DNA from: Eledone cirrhosa
Taxonomy: Eukaryota
Assembly (NCBI GenBank): GCA_964016885.1
Contig: OZ024740.1
Span: 181,040,001-181,104,000 of the forward strand
Direction of reading: 5' to 3'
DNA: 64,000 bases
The notes below the pieces were generated by a model. The model made no database searches. It worked only from the letters and a program-made list of their open reading frames with translations, and was not told the DNA's origin. How positions within the stretch are numbered: position 1 is the stretch's first letter; each line of letters opens with the position of its first letter. The position numbers were made by a program, and so were the translations under genes. This document shows positions 1 through 11,234 of this stretch, piece by piece.

Positions 1-693
1 TGAGTATCAAAAATGTGGTTAAAGGAGTTTTACCCATAGCAGCCTTAAAATTATGATTAGAAAGCAAAATAAGTGATTACAAAGCAAAACATTCCCTCTG
101 GCTGATACTTACATATACAAAATTACACAAAGTGAAATATATTCAATAGGACTGGTTGAGGGAAATGTTGGGACAAAATAGACACTTCATGGCTGAATAT
201 ATTTGGCCTTTAAATTGGACATCGATGAATGCAAATCTTAGGCTAGTGTTACCTACTTAGTGAAACATTTGTTTTGTAACACTAAGACCATTGTGTAGCA
301 CGGATGCTTATTAATAACGCCTAAGAAAATTACAACAGATGAACATCATATATAATAAATAGAACATACGTGGATAGTCACAAAAATCATAGATCATCTG
401 AGATTATTCAAGCCATTAACAAAATAAGGCTTTCCAAGTGGTACGTAAAATTGAAACTAATCAAGAGAGATAAAACCGAAAGCATGACATGTGTTTATTT
501 AAATGCATGATTACTTACGCTACTAATTTTATGTGATAGTATATGTTCCTTATTTAAATCTATAGAAATACAATCTTGAAATGAATGCGAATAGATTTAA
601 CTATATCAGATGATTGATGCAGAATAAAGGTAGTATTCAACTGTAAATGGGAATTACAGAAAATTTCAGAGACGTGTGACAAAAGATTGTTAA

Positions 694-695
<2 letters not shown>

Positions 696-746
<51 letters not shown>
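696..746. repeat. (TA)n microsatellite
   Basis: Direct dinucleotide run. Confidence 0.95.
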
Positions 747-748
<2 letters not shown>

Positions 749-1700
749 AAATTAAATTAAGGTTGTCATGTCTGAGAGACATGCGCCATATTCACTGCAG
801 AATAAGCTCAAAGATTCCAATGAATAGATCTGAGCATTTTATATCAACTAGAAGTAGATTGACACATATATATATAAAATAAACACATGAAACAATCTCA
901 GGGAATAATTTGTAAAGTGTGTAAGCACACATAGCTAGGTAAGTAATTAATTAAAGTTTAACTAGAACTTCAAATTTAGATATCTTTTAAAATGATTAAT
1001 CTCCTTTGTATATATTTCTTTAAATAAAAAAATATATTTCACCAATTAACCAGTAAATCACAGCGGTCAAATCTTGGATGGTCACCAACTGAGAAGATCC
1101 AACCATCTGCGTTTACACATCAAATGCAAATCTGTGAATGACTCGAACCACATGCTGCATTTTATAAAAAAATACAAACATCGTACCGCGTCATCCCAGT
1201 GGCGTGAATAGGATCGACAGCTAGAAATAGCAGCGGAGTCCATTCAACTGAATTAGCTTTACAATCAAGGGGCCGTATATATATCCAAAATTAAATTAAG
1301 GTTATCATGTCTGAGAGACATGCCCCATTTAGAATAAGCTCAAAGATTCCAATCAATAGATCTGAGCATTTTATATCAACTAGAAGTAGATTGACATATA
1401 TATATATATATAAAATAAACACATGAAACAATCTCAGGGAATAATTTGTAAAGTGTGTACACACTTGTAGTTGATATAAAACGCTCAGATCTATTCATTG
1501 GAATCTTTGAGCTTATTCTGCAGTGAAAATGGCGCATGTCTTTCAGACATGATAACCTTAATATAATTTTGGATATATATACGGCCCCTTGATTGTAGAG
1601 CTAAATCAGTTGAATGGACTCGGCTGCTATTTCTAGCTGTCGATAATCCTATTCACGCCACTAGGATGACGCGGTACGATGTCTGTATTTTTTATAAAAT
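747..1700 (-). mobile_element. Non-coding PLE-pLTR-like element (partial tandem plus inverted arm) in (TA)n
   Basis: Direct repeat 747-~922 vs 1286-~1459 (period 539). 1463-1700 is the reverse complement of 1159-1387. Flanked by (TA)n on both sides. Only a degenerate HHR-like motif is visible on the minus strand (~1030-1090). Strand is inferred from the position of the inversion. Confidence 0.6.
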
Positions 1701-1749
1701 ATATATATATATATATATAGTTTTGCGAGGTTTTTGATATGAAATCGTG

Positions 1750-2678
1750 TGTTATACTTGGGGAGGGTCATATTGTTGTAATAATATTGCCAGAATTATT
1801 AACAGAACACACTCACTGTTTGGTTGGTTGGTTGATTGGTTGGTTTTTGCTTCTGTATCTTTTATATCAGTTAATTTATTCGGTCCTCAATGACTGACCA
1901 ACGGTCAAGAATACAGATATAATATAGACACAAACACATATATATAGTCTAACAAAGTTCTTTCCTTGCACATCTGCAACATCGTCAGTGGTGCTATTAT
2001 GTTTCCTCCTGTTGTATTGTATGTCTACGCCATCCTTATTTAATCTGTTTATTTATTTATTTATTTATTTATTTATTTTTGTCTTCTTTTCTGCGCATAC
2101 GTTTGCGTGTGTGTATACTGTTTGATGTGTGTTCGTGTTTGGGTGACTCTGTTTTGGTTATTGTATTCTATCTTAGTTTACTAGTGTGTTTTTATGTGTG
2201 TTTGTTGTTATTGTGCTTGTGTATGTATTTATTTATTTATTTATATTTCTCTTAAGTCGGTATTGTGTGTTTGGGTGTTGTTATTATTCCATTCAAACAC
2301 TATACACACACGCGAACGCATGCGCAGAGAAGAAGAGAAAACATAAATAAATAAATAAATAAATAAATAAACAGATTAAATAAAGATGGCGTAGACATAC
2401 AATGCAACAGGACGAAACATAATAGCACCACTGACAATGTTGCATGTTGCAGATAGATGTGCAACGAAAGAACTTTGTTAGACTATATATATGTGTTTGT
2501 ATCTATATTATATCTGTATTTTTGACCGTTGGTCAGTCAATGGTAAACATTGAGGACCGAGTAAAGTAACTGATATAAAAGATACAGAAGCGAAAACCAA
2601 CCAACCAAACAGTGAGTGTGTTCTGTTATTAATTCTGGCAATATTATTACAACAATATGACCCTCCCCAAGTATAACA
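1750..2678. mobile_element. Fold-back element with ~375-bp inverted arms and an HHR-like motif
   Basis: 1750-2125 is the reverse complement of 2292-2678. Arm consensus CTGACGA-T-GTTGCA-gatg-TGCAAC-GAAA (minus ~1960-1990, plus ~2431-2469). The terminal motif TGTTATACTTGGGGAGGGT recurs at ~63341 next to (TA)n. Confidence 0.7.
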
Positions 2679-2799
2679 ATATATATATCACCCACTTACA
2701 TCTATCTCTGCACCACCGGATCTTGTTACCCGGAGAGTTACCCATTTGCATTGTCGAGGCTTCCAAACGACTTAAAGAAATTTACCTTATCATTCCACA

Positions 2800-5428
2800 A
2801 TGCTTCAAGCAAACTTCAATACTCTTTTATCCTTACACCTGAGCCAGGAATTGTTTGCATCCGTAAGGGAACTGTTTAGACTGTTGGAGAAATGGGCCAA
2901 TGCTGGCTGTCAAATTATTTTCCTGAAACGCTGCCTAAAAAACGATGTCATCCCCAACACCATCAGGAACATTCGCTTAACAGTAAGCCTACGTACACCA
3001 GCTTTCCAAAACACCACTAACCGCATACATCGCACGTGTATTAAACAGATCCTGAGACATCTCAACCGCCAATTACACGTCCATAAGCGGACACTGTCAG
3101 AGCGGACACATCGGCTGTCAATACCACCCGGCGACTTGCTCCTGAAAATCACTAAAGCAATCGACCAGTGCTTCCACTCCAGAGTCCAATACGAAAAAAA
3201 AAAGGATGCAAGCGAAAATATGAGTGGATCTTGTCGAAACGCCACAACGAGAACATCGACACTAACGAACAGATGGACCAGAACCACGTGGAAAACAACA
3301 ACTTAACAACCGCCAGCGCAGCATCCACCAACACCGATCCACACCTCAAAGTTGCGACGCACCTGGTCACCGACCTAACCGACACTCTCACGAGCGACGA
3401 GCTGAAACTCCTACACCTCGGACCCAAGTTCATCGTCTCACAACGTCTCGACGACAGACTCAAACTCAACATCGAGGCCAACTTTTGTCGAGCCGCTTAT
3501 CAACTTAAATGGGTGACCGCCATCAACAGCGCCACAGAAAATAACGGCGCCCACGCAACCCACCGCAAGTTCCCCACTTACCACCCCGACAACCCACTCC
3601 ACCCCCCACCCACCAACCACGAACTCGACACGAAACTCATCAGGCTAAAAGACTCCATCTCGGATATACTTCACAAGCACACACACACATCCACAACGCA
3701 TAACCTCACCAAATCTCAACTCACCACTCTCTCCAACCTAAAATCGAAGAACCTCATCTATCTCCCCTCCGACAAAGGAAAAAGAATTCTGCGTCATCAG
3801 CAGAGAGGCTTACATCACCCTGGCCCTCCAACACCTTGACGATGACAACCTCTACTCCAAGGTCACGGGAATCACTCCCGCGCAGATAGAAGAGCGCATC
3901 AACGCCGCCTGGACCAACATCTGCGACCGGCGGAAGCTCCCGAAGAAGCTTAGATACAACCTCCTCACGAGGAACAGCAGACTACCCGCCTTCTACCACT
4001 TCGTGAAAACACACAAACAGGGACCCGACCTGAAGATCAGGCCCATTGTATCGAGCGTGGAAGGACCACTCTACAAAATTTCATGACTCCTAGCCAGAAT
4101 ACTCAAACCCATCTTAGATACCTTGCCGGGACATGTTAACAGCTCCGAGGAGGTGTTGAACCGCCTGCATCAAATAGATCCCGACACCAGAAAGAATAAC
4201 AGATATGCCTTCAGCCTTGATGTAGTCGCGCTCTACACCTCGGTCCCGGCACTCCCGGCCGTCAATATACTGATGGAACCCGTCCAATCCACCGACCTAC
4301 ACAGCTTCGGGCTCACCACCACTGACATCCACCAACTCCTATCCGTCGTCGTCGACAACACCTACTTCGGATTCCTTGACCAAACATACCAACAAACCTC
4401 GGGATTGCCCATGGGATCAAGCCTGTCGGGTGTGCTAGCGATCTCTTACATGGACAACCTCGAGCGCAAGGCACTCAACGCCTGCCACCCCAACGCCGTC
4501 GCCTTTTTCTCAAGGTACGTGGACGATATCCTCATCCTCACATCTTCCAAAGACACGGCGAACAGAATCTATGAGACGTTCAACAACACGGACGAGAACA
4601 TTGACTTCAGTGTTGAACACCCCAACGAAGACGGGTCACTTGTCCTCCTCGACTTCCGAATCAACATCACGAAACAGGGAAGGATCCACTGCAACTTCTA
4701 TCGAAAGGCAGCCTGCAGGGAGCTGTTCGTTCACTACACGTCCGCCCTCCCTAACAGTGCCAAAAGAGGATAAAATGACGAACGAGATCGCGCGAATCAA
4801 AAACAGATGCAGCGATCCCGCGAGTGGTGTCACTCATACCAAGCGATTCCTCGAGGTGCTGGAAACGAACGAGTAACATACCTCGCTCACAGACAGAGTA
4901 GGAGACACCATACACAAGGGACAGAGAGGCACCCAAGGCAAGTGCTTCCTTAAAATGCCACACCTGAGCAAGAATACCACCAACGCTATCCGCAAGGCTA
5001 TACGGAGGGAGGACATCGACATCCACCAGGCCCACTCGGGCCCCTCCCTGCGAAGATGCCTCTCCAGGAAACCCGGGAAATCAACTGACTCGTGCTCCCT
5101 CAGAGACTGCTCGATACGCCATGCGAACTGTTGCCTACGCACATACGTCGTGTAAAAGATAGAATGTAACAAGTGCAACCAATACTATATAGGTAGCACA
5201 ATCCGACCTTTGCACATCCGGATCAAGGAACACACTAAAACCAGGGCCTCGTCTTTCCGGAAACACATAGACAAATGCGGAAACAATGACGTAAGGCCCA
5301 TTGTCACAATTCTAGCGACTGAAAGAAACATCGGCACGTTAAGTATCAAGGAAGCACTTTTTATCAAACGCCTAGAGCCGCAAATAAGCAATCGATCCGA
5401 GAGAAGCGAAATGAGGTGGTTGGTTTAA
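2800..5428 (+). pseudogene. PLE RT + GIY-YIG endonuclease, disrupted
   Basis: Motifs LLHLGPKF, YLPSDKG, RPIVS, SLDVVALYTSVP, GLPMGSSLS, RYVDD, and IECNKCNQYYIGST..IRIKEH..IKEALFI. Frameshifts (~3195, ~3780, ~4770, ~4876) and in-frame stops (4084, ~5153). Confidence 0.9.
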
Positions 5429-5550
5429 GTTAACAAACGATGCAACAACACACGCACACACACAAGCGAGACAACAACACACACACACACACACAGTAGC
5501 ATTCCACCATATGAACATACTACACTGCCAATACAGAGGAACAAGGCACC

Positions 5551-5589
<39 letters not shown>

Positions 5590-5802
5590 ATTTAAGAAAC
5601 AGGCAGAGAATGGACTGACAGCTAGCGCCACCCCACTCCCACAACTGAAAGAACTACTTCGGCCGCTGACCTCTGCCCGACGGACCCCATTTCACGCGCA
5701 TGCGTGCTCTGCTGAATACCTCAGAATTTCAAAACAACGAACAGCGGAGGACGCGTTTCGCACCTTTCCGACAGACAACCTTTCTACCACCCCGGAAAAA
5801 AA

Positions 5803-5837
5803 CCCAGTTGATGGATGTGAATCCGAAATATATAGGG
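5803..5837 (+). ncRNA. Degenerate minimal type-I hammerhead ribozyme in PLE 3' region
   Basis: CC-CAGTTGA-T-GGAT-gtga-ATCC-GAAA-TATA-TA-GG. The core differs from CTGANGA at two positions. Confidence 0.6.
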
Positions 5838-6084
5838 ACAATTAAATCTCGCCCAAGGTAACTCTTTCTCGTGTTGTTATTTTTATTTTTATCCCTTATG
5901 CTCTTTCCTTCATTCCTCTACACGTCTTATACACGCCACGCATCTCAACGTTCACCCACTTACATCTCTCTCTCCACCACCGGATCTTGTTACCCGGAGA
6001 TTTACCCATTTGCATTGTCGAAGATTCCAAACGACTTAAAGAAATTTACCTTATCATTCCACAATGCTTCAAGCAAACTTCAAT

Positions 6085-6160
<76 letters not shown>

Positions 6161-6200
6161 GATATTAACAAATGGAAACTATATATATAAAACCATATTT

Positions 6201-6263
6201 ATTTCATTATACATATTTCAAGGACACCAAGTTAAATTATGGTGTGCTTTCATCAGATAAAAT
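6201..6263 (-). ncRNA. Type-I hammerhead ribozyme
   Basis: TTTTAT-CTGATGA-AAGCACACCA-loop-TGGTGTCCTT-GAAA-TATGTA-TA-ATGAAA on the minus strand. Confidence 0.85.
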
Positions 6264-6817
6264 ATAATATAGATCAGTTTTATAAATAAATATTGACGTA
6301 CCCTTCAAAAATGCAACCATTACTGTTGGAAGCTCCCGGATAGTGGGGTTGAAGCTTAATTATATTATTATTAGTATTGGATTTTTTTTTTTTTAAAATA
6401 AGCCGTTGGGTTACGGAGAAAGAGAAAGATTAAGAAGGAGAGAGAAAAAAGAGAGAGAGACCAAAACAACAGAGAGAGAAAGATATATATATCATCCCAA
6501 TTGTTAAGTTAACTCAACAAGATATGACTTAGAGTTTTTCGTTCTCTCCCCTTCTCTCTGTCTCCTCTCTCTCTATATATATCTTTCTCTCTCTGTTGTT
6601 TTGGTCTCTCTCTCTCTCTCTCTCTTTTTTTTCTCTCTCTCCTTCTTTATCTTTCTCTTTCTCCGTAACCCAACGGCTTATTTTAAAAATAAAAATATCC
6701 AATACTAATAATAATATAATTAAGCTTCAACTCCACTATCCGGGAGCTTCCAACAGTAATGGTGGCATTTGTTAAGGGTATGTCAATATTTATTTATAAC
6801 ACTGATCTATATTATAT

Positions 6818-6878
6818 TTTTATCTGATGAAAGCACAACATAATTTAACTTGGTGTCCTTGAAATATGTATAATAAAA
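6818..6878 (+). ncRNA. Type-I hammerhead ribozyme
   Basis: TTTTAT-CTGATGA-stem II-GAAA-TATGTA-TA^ATAAAA. Predicted cleavage after 6872. Confidence 0.85.
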
Positions 6879-7004
6879 TAAATATGGTTTTATAAATATA
6901 GTTTCCATTTGTTAATATCGTATTTTTACACCAATTTTTTGTTGAGTGCTTTATATCAGTTATAACAATATTTGCTTGTTGGATCCCAACAATTTAAATA
7001 GAAC

Positions 7005-7077
<73 letters not shown>

Positions 7078-7084
<7 letters not shown>

Positions 7085-8365
7085 TATTTTGCAATACACT
7101 GTATGCTTAATTAAAAGCATTTCGAAGACCTTATGCTATTGTTTTAGAGTAGTGACATACTCACTTACTTTAATTTCAGCAAACAGGGGGAGATAAAGCT
7201 GACAATGATTTTAATTAAGCATACAGTGTATTGCAAAATACACTATATATACATTCATATATATATAGCTATTTCAGAGCACCAATTCTAATTTTTTATT
7301 TCTGCTTGACCGGCAACCGCTCTGTATAATCAGTTCCTGATTATTTACTAGAATTCTATAAGAACCAAACATCCATGATTTCAGCAGACACCGGAGGAGT
7401 AGTTGGCCTTGATAAGCATCAATAAATGCAGAAACAAGGTCTTGTCAGCTTTATCTCCCCCTGTTTGCTGAAATTAAAGTAAGTGAGTCTGTCACTACTC
7501 TAAAACAATAGCATATGTTCTTCGAAATGCTTTTAATTAAGCATACAGTGTATTGCAAAATACACTATATATTCTAAGGCGGGTAAAATTTCCGAGATCC
7601 ATGGACAAGTTCTCTCCAGCGGTCTCTGTCCCTCATTATCGCTGCCATGCCCTGCGTCTCCAATAGGCCAGTGTCTGTCCTTAGGGCATCAACATACGTT
7701 AACCTTGGTCTTCCACTTCTAGTGTGTCCATGTAGGGGCTCCCAAAGGAGCACTGAGTGCAATGTCAACTCTCGATGTCAGTAAGCATGTCCAGCTAACC
7801 TCAGTATCCTCTGTGTGACTTTTGAGCTGACTTTTGGGATGCTCCCATACAGCTCTGAGTTTTTCATCTTCAGTGTATACTGATTAATGTTCAGAGCCAT
7901 CCTCAGCATTCTCGTGTAGCACCCATCCACCATCTGAGTGAGTTTCTTGGTCAGTGTCCAAGTCTCAGACCCATACAGCAGCACAGACTCCACTACAGCA
8001 ATGAAGAGGCGGATTTTCAGGTCTCTACGAAGGTCTGACTTCCACACCGATCTGAAGCTGTGGCACGCCGCCCAGGCCTTGCTCTTCCTCTCAACCACAT
8101 CATCTTCCATATTCCCAATCTTTGCTCCCAAATACAGGAAACCCTCAAGCAATTCTAGCGGCTTCCCGCTTGCATTAGTGATCCCCTCTGGCTTCTCAAC
8201 ATTCTCTACCAGATATTTTGTTTTAGTCTCATTCATTCTCAGCCCCACACTCATAGACACAGTCTCAACCTTCCTCATCAAATCCTCTGCCTTCTTCACT
8301 GTATTTGTCACCAAAACTATATATACATTCATATATATATAGCTATTTCAGAGCACCAATTCTAA
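7078..8365 (+). mobile_element. 322-bp-period partial tandem element with 5' inverted arm and degenerate HHR, interrupted by an RTE fragment
   Basis: 7078-7205 is the reverse complement of 7442-7571. 7209-7291 recurs at 7531-7572 + 8316-8365. GTTGGC-CTTGATAA-GCAT..ATGC-A-GAAA..GTCAGC at 7402-7449. Confidence 0.7.
7573..8315 (-). mobile_element. 5'-truncated RTE-clade LINE fragment
   Basis: GLRMNETKTKY, FLYLG, VESVLLYGSETWTLTK, LRLAGH, GRPRLTYVD, DRDRW. TSD ACTATATAT at 7564-7572 and 8316-8324. Confidence 0.9.
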
Positions 8366-8886
8366 TATATATATATATATATATATGCAATTGTGTACAG
8401 TCTCTGCTTAGAATTAGTCGCTTAATGATATTCGTCGATTCGATATTATGTCAGAAGGCACATTTTCGATTTACCAGATAGTGGTATTGTAAATACAGCG
8501 ATGAAATTGATATACTAATATAGATATTTGGGGAATTCCCTCATATGATCGGAATTAATCATTTGAATTGATATTTCCCTTCTATGTTCTCACTATAGAC
8601 ACACCATCCTTCCTGGAAATATTCCTCCTGAAGTATCAAGTTATTTTTCCACATTTAATCTAGTCTATATTGTCATTTTATCTCCTAAATTTAGCAGTGT
8701 AAAATCTCAGAAAACAGATCTCATTGTCTTAAATAAAGACTGAAAACATTGAATGACAATACTCCACATTACAGATAAAAACGCCATGGTATATGCAGCA
8801 CTAGATTTGATCATATTTCTGCTCAATGTAACATTTGATAATAATATTAGATCTGATCATAGCTCGGCTCAATAGAGGTTGACATG

Positions 8887-9375
8887 ATAGATTTCTTCAA
8901 CATATTTGTATAAATATATATTGTAATCTGAAATACCAGCTTTTACCACGACATTCCTAACTCAGTTATTTTGAGATTAAATTCAGCTTTCAAACTTAAA
9001 GAGAAACACACTGGTTTTGTATTGATGCAAAAACTATGTGATCATATGTGTTTCGATAATAAAACTGCAACAAAATACGCCAAATTTATTTGCAGTAAAT
9101 AATGACAATTATATGCCAATATTCAGATTGGAACTGTTGATTCTGTGGTCCGTAGTATGACATTCTATGTAATATTTCTTAAACAGAATGTTGAAATGAC
9201 CAGGGTTGTTTCCCATTATGTACATTAATGACATTAGTGATATAATTCCAACAGGAATGTTTAAAGATATCTGCCAATTCATGTCTGTTCAATATGTTCA
9301 TAGATTTCTTCAACGTATTTGTATAAATATATATTGTAATCTGAAATACCAGCTTTTACAACGAAATTCCTAACT
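8887..9375 (+). repeat. ~75-bp direct repeat pair (8887-8962 and 9300-9375)
   Basis: ATAGATTTCTTCAAC...TTCCTAACT occurs twice, ~413 bp apart. Confidence 0.8.
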
Positions 9376-11234
9376 GTTAAAATTGTTGCAATGTGCCAGT
9401 GACATTTTATTGCCGGACTAAATGCATTACAGCATCCAGTATCATTTATTTAATGATTTCATTTAAAATCATAACGCATCACTAGGGTTCATAAAATACC
9501 TACCAGAACTATACTAAATCCTATTCTATACAGTACAAATCTGATCTATTATTATTGTCTTTGCACTTGAATAGAGCAACATAATGGGTATATTGAAATT
9601 GAATATATTCACTGTAAGATACTGGTTAGATATAAAGCGATTTCGTATAATTCACTCTGCTGAAATGATACAAAATATCAAACGCTTCCCCGAATTGCAG
9701 ATGGATACAATTACTTCAGAAATATATAGCCGATTGAATCATCATTATTTCATTGCTGTCACAGGGAATTGAGTCGTACGTTACCAGATTCTACAAGGCC
9801 ACAGCTTTTAAATCCTTAACAGTAAAACTAAAATAGCATGGATGTATTTTGCTCTTTTCTTTTAGATGAATATTATAACGGATACTAACTAACACTCCAA
9901 AATGTTATACATTATTTGAACATATCTAAAATATAGGCTGGGATGTTTATTGGAGAAATTACTTAACAAACCTCTAATCAAATCAGAATTTAGTTCTTCA
10001 ACGATTTTCTAACACTATATTGAAAAAGACATAGAATATAATTGAATTTATAATTACAATTTTGATTATGATTTAATATAAGTACAGCAGACAGGGCGAT
10101 AAACGTTCTTGCTTTATTAATTTTAAATTAGATTATCGACTCATTATAAAGTATAAGACAATTGTAAGTCTGGAACAATTTCGTGGCAACTATAAATTCG
10201 TTCAAATGTCTATATAGAATACATTTAAAGTTGGAAGTATTAAATTAAAAGTTATTTCTGCTCATGAACCATTGTTTGTATATTTTTTCAAAATATTAAA
10301 CAATCAAAACACATATCAGTTTATATTTCTTTATTTGTTAATTCCAATGTGTTTATACCTAAGCAGAATATGTTAAGGAACAGCAGGTCAGTCACGGTCT
10401 CTAGTTCTAATGAATAATTTGAACATATAAAGGCGAAGGTAGTGTCTCTATATGTCTTGAAAGAAAAGAACACACTGCTAGGCATCACAGACTATACTTT
10501 GCAACTGTGATCAACATATATACTCATCGACTTGGACTCTATTTAGTTCTAAATTGGCGCACACATACGCACGTAACAACGAAATTGCACCCAAGCGTAA
10601 CTGGTTCTCACCGGACTGCTTAGCTCAGTTTGTAATCATGCTAATAAGATGATTATCGGACGAGGTAAAAGATCCGTCCTACAAAAAATATAATCAAACT
10701 GAGGGTTATAAGGATGCTTGCTCCCTTTTGCTCCTCACATATATTATAAAATGATTTCAATTACACAGCTGATTCAATAATCGCAGGCATTACATTGTAC
10801 TATATAAACATTCCTTGCTACAATAAAGATACGATTCACATTACATTATATAAAATCCGTGTTACTATAATATGAAATCTGATAAAAATGGAAGGAAGCA
10901 GTTTTCCAGGATTTCTATTATGAACGGTACATTTTCGCCTTTTTTCTATTTGATATTTTATACAAAATGTTTAAGTATTGTTTAAGGAATTTATTTTTCT
11001 GTTAAGTTGACATTCATTGAGTGAAGAACGAGTCTCTCATTCAGCTGATCTTGTCATCTCATTTATAATATATTTGCAAAAAGTGAGAAATAGTTGGTCA
11101 GATTTTTTGTACTAGTTATACGAAATTCAATTGAGATACTGACTAATTTAATTACGGCACTGGTGTAATTGGCATCTACCAAAACAATGTGTCAACTAGA
11201 AAAAGTAACAGGATATATGTTCCCATACATTAAG

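Larger units (their letters stand above)
2688..6086 (+). mobile_element. Penelope/Poseidon-like PLE with terminal direct repeats (pLTR), decayed
   Basis: 135-bp direct repeats 2688-2822 and 5952-6086 include the ORF start. RT and C-terminal GIY-YIG motifs present. Flanked by (TA)n/(CA)n. Confidence 0.92.
6159..7010 (+). mobile_element. Non-coding fold-back element with HHR in both arms
   Basis: 6159-~6490 is the reverse complement of ~6574-6921. Bounded by (TA)n/(CA)n. Homologous to 53862-55272. Confidence 0.8.

Noticed and set aside
3190-3205. A-run between ORFs 2800-3306 and 3168-3839 as a programmed frameshift
   Set aside because: A homopolymer indel is more likely. A similar slip occurs at ~3780 inside the conserved DKG motif region.
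4084-4086. In-frame TGA in PLE RT as possible selenocysteine (Naiad-like)
   Set aside because: The related copy at ~30574 has TGG (Trp) at this position, the endonuclease is C-terminal and the copy has other lesions, so this is ordinary decay.
9200-9780. CR1/L2-like RT relic (LFPIMYINDI)
   Set aside because: Single short motif with no recoverable ADD motif or continuous frame; needs a profile search.
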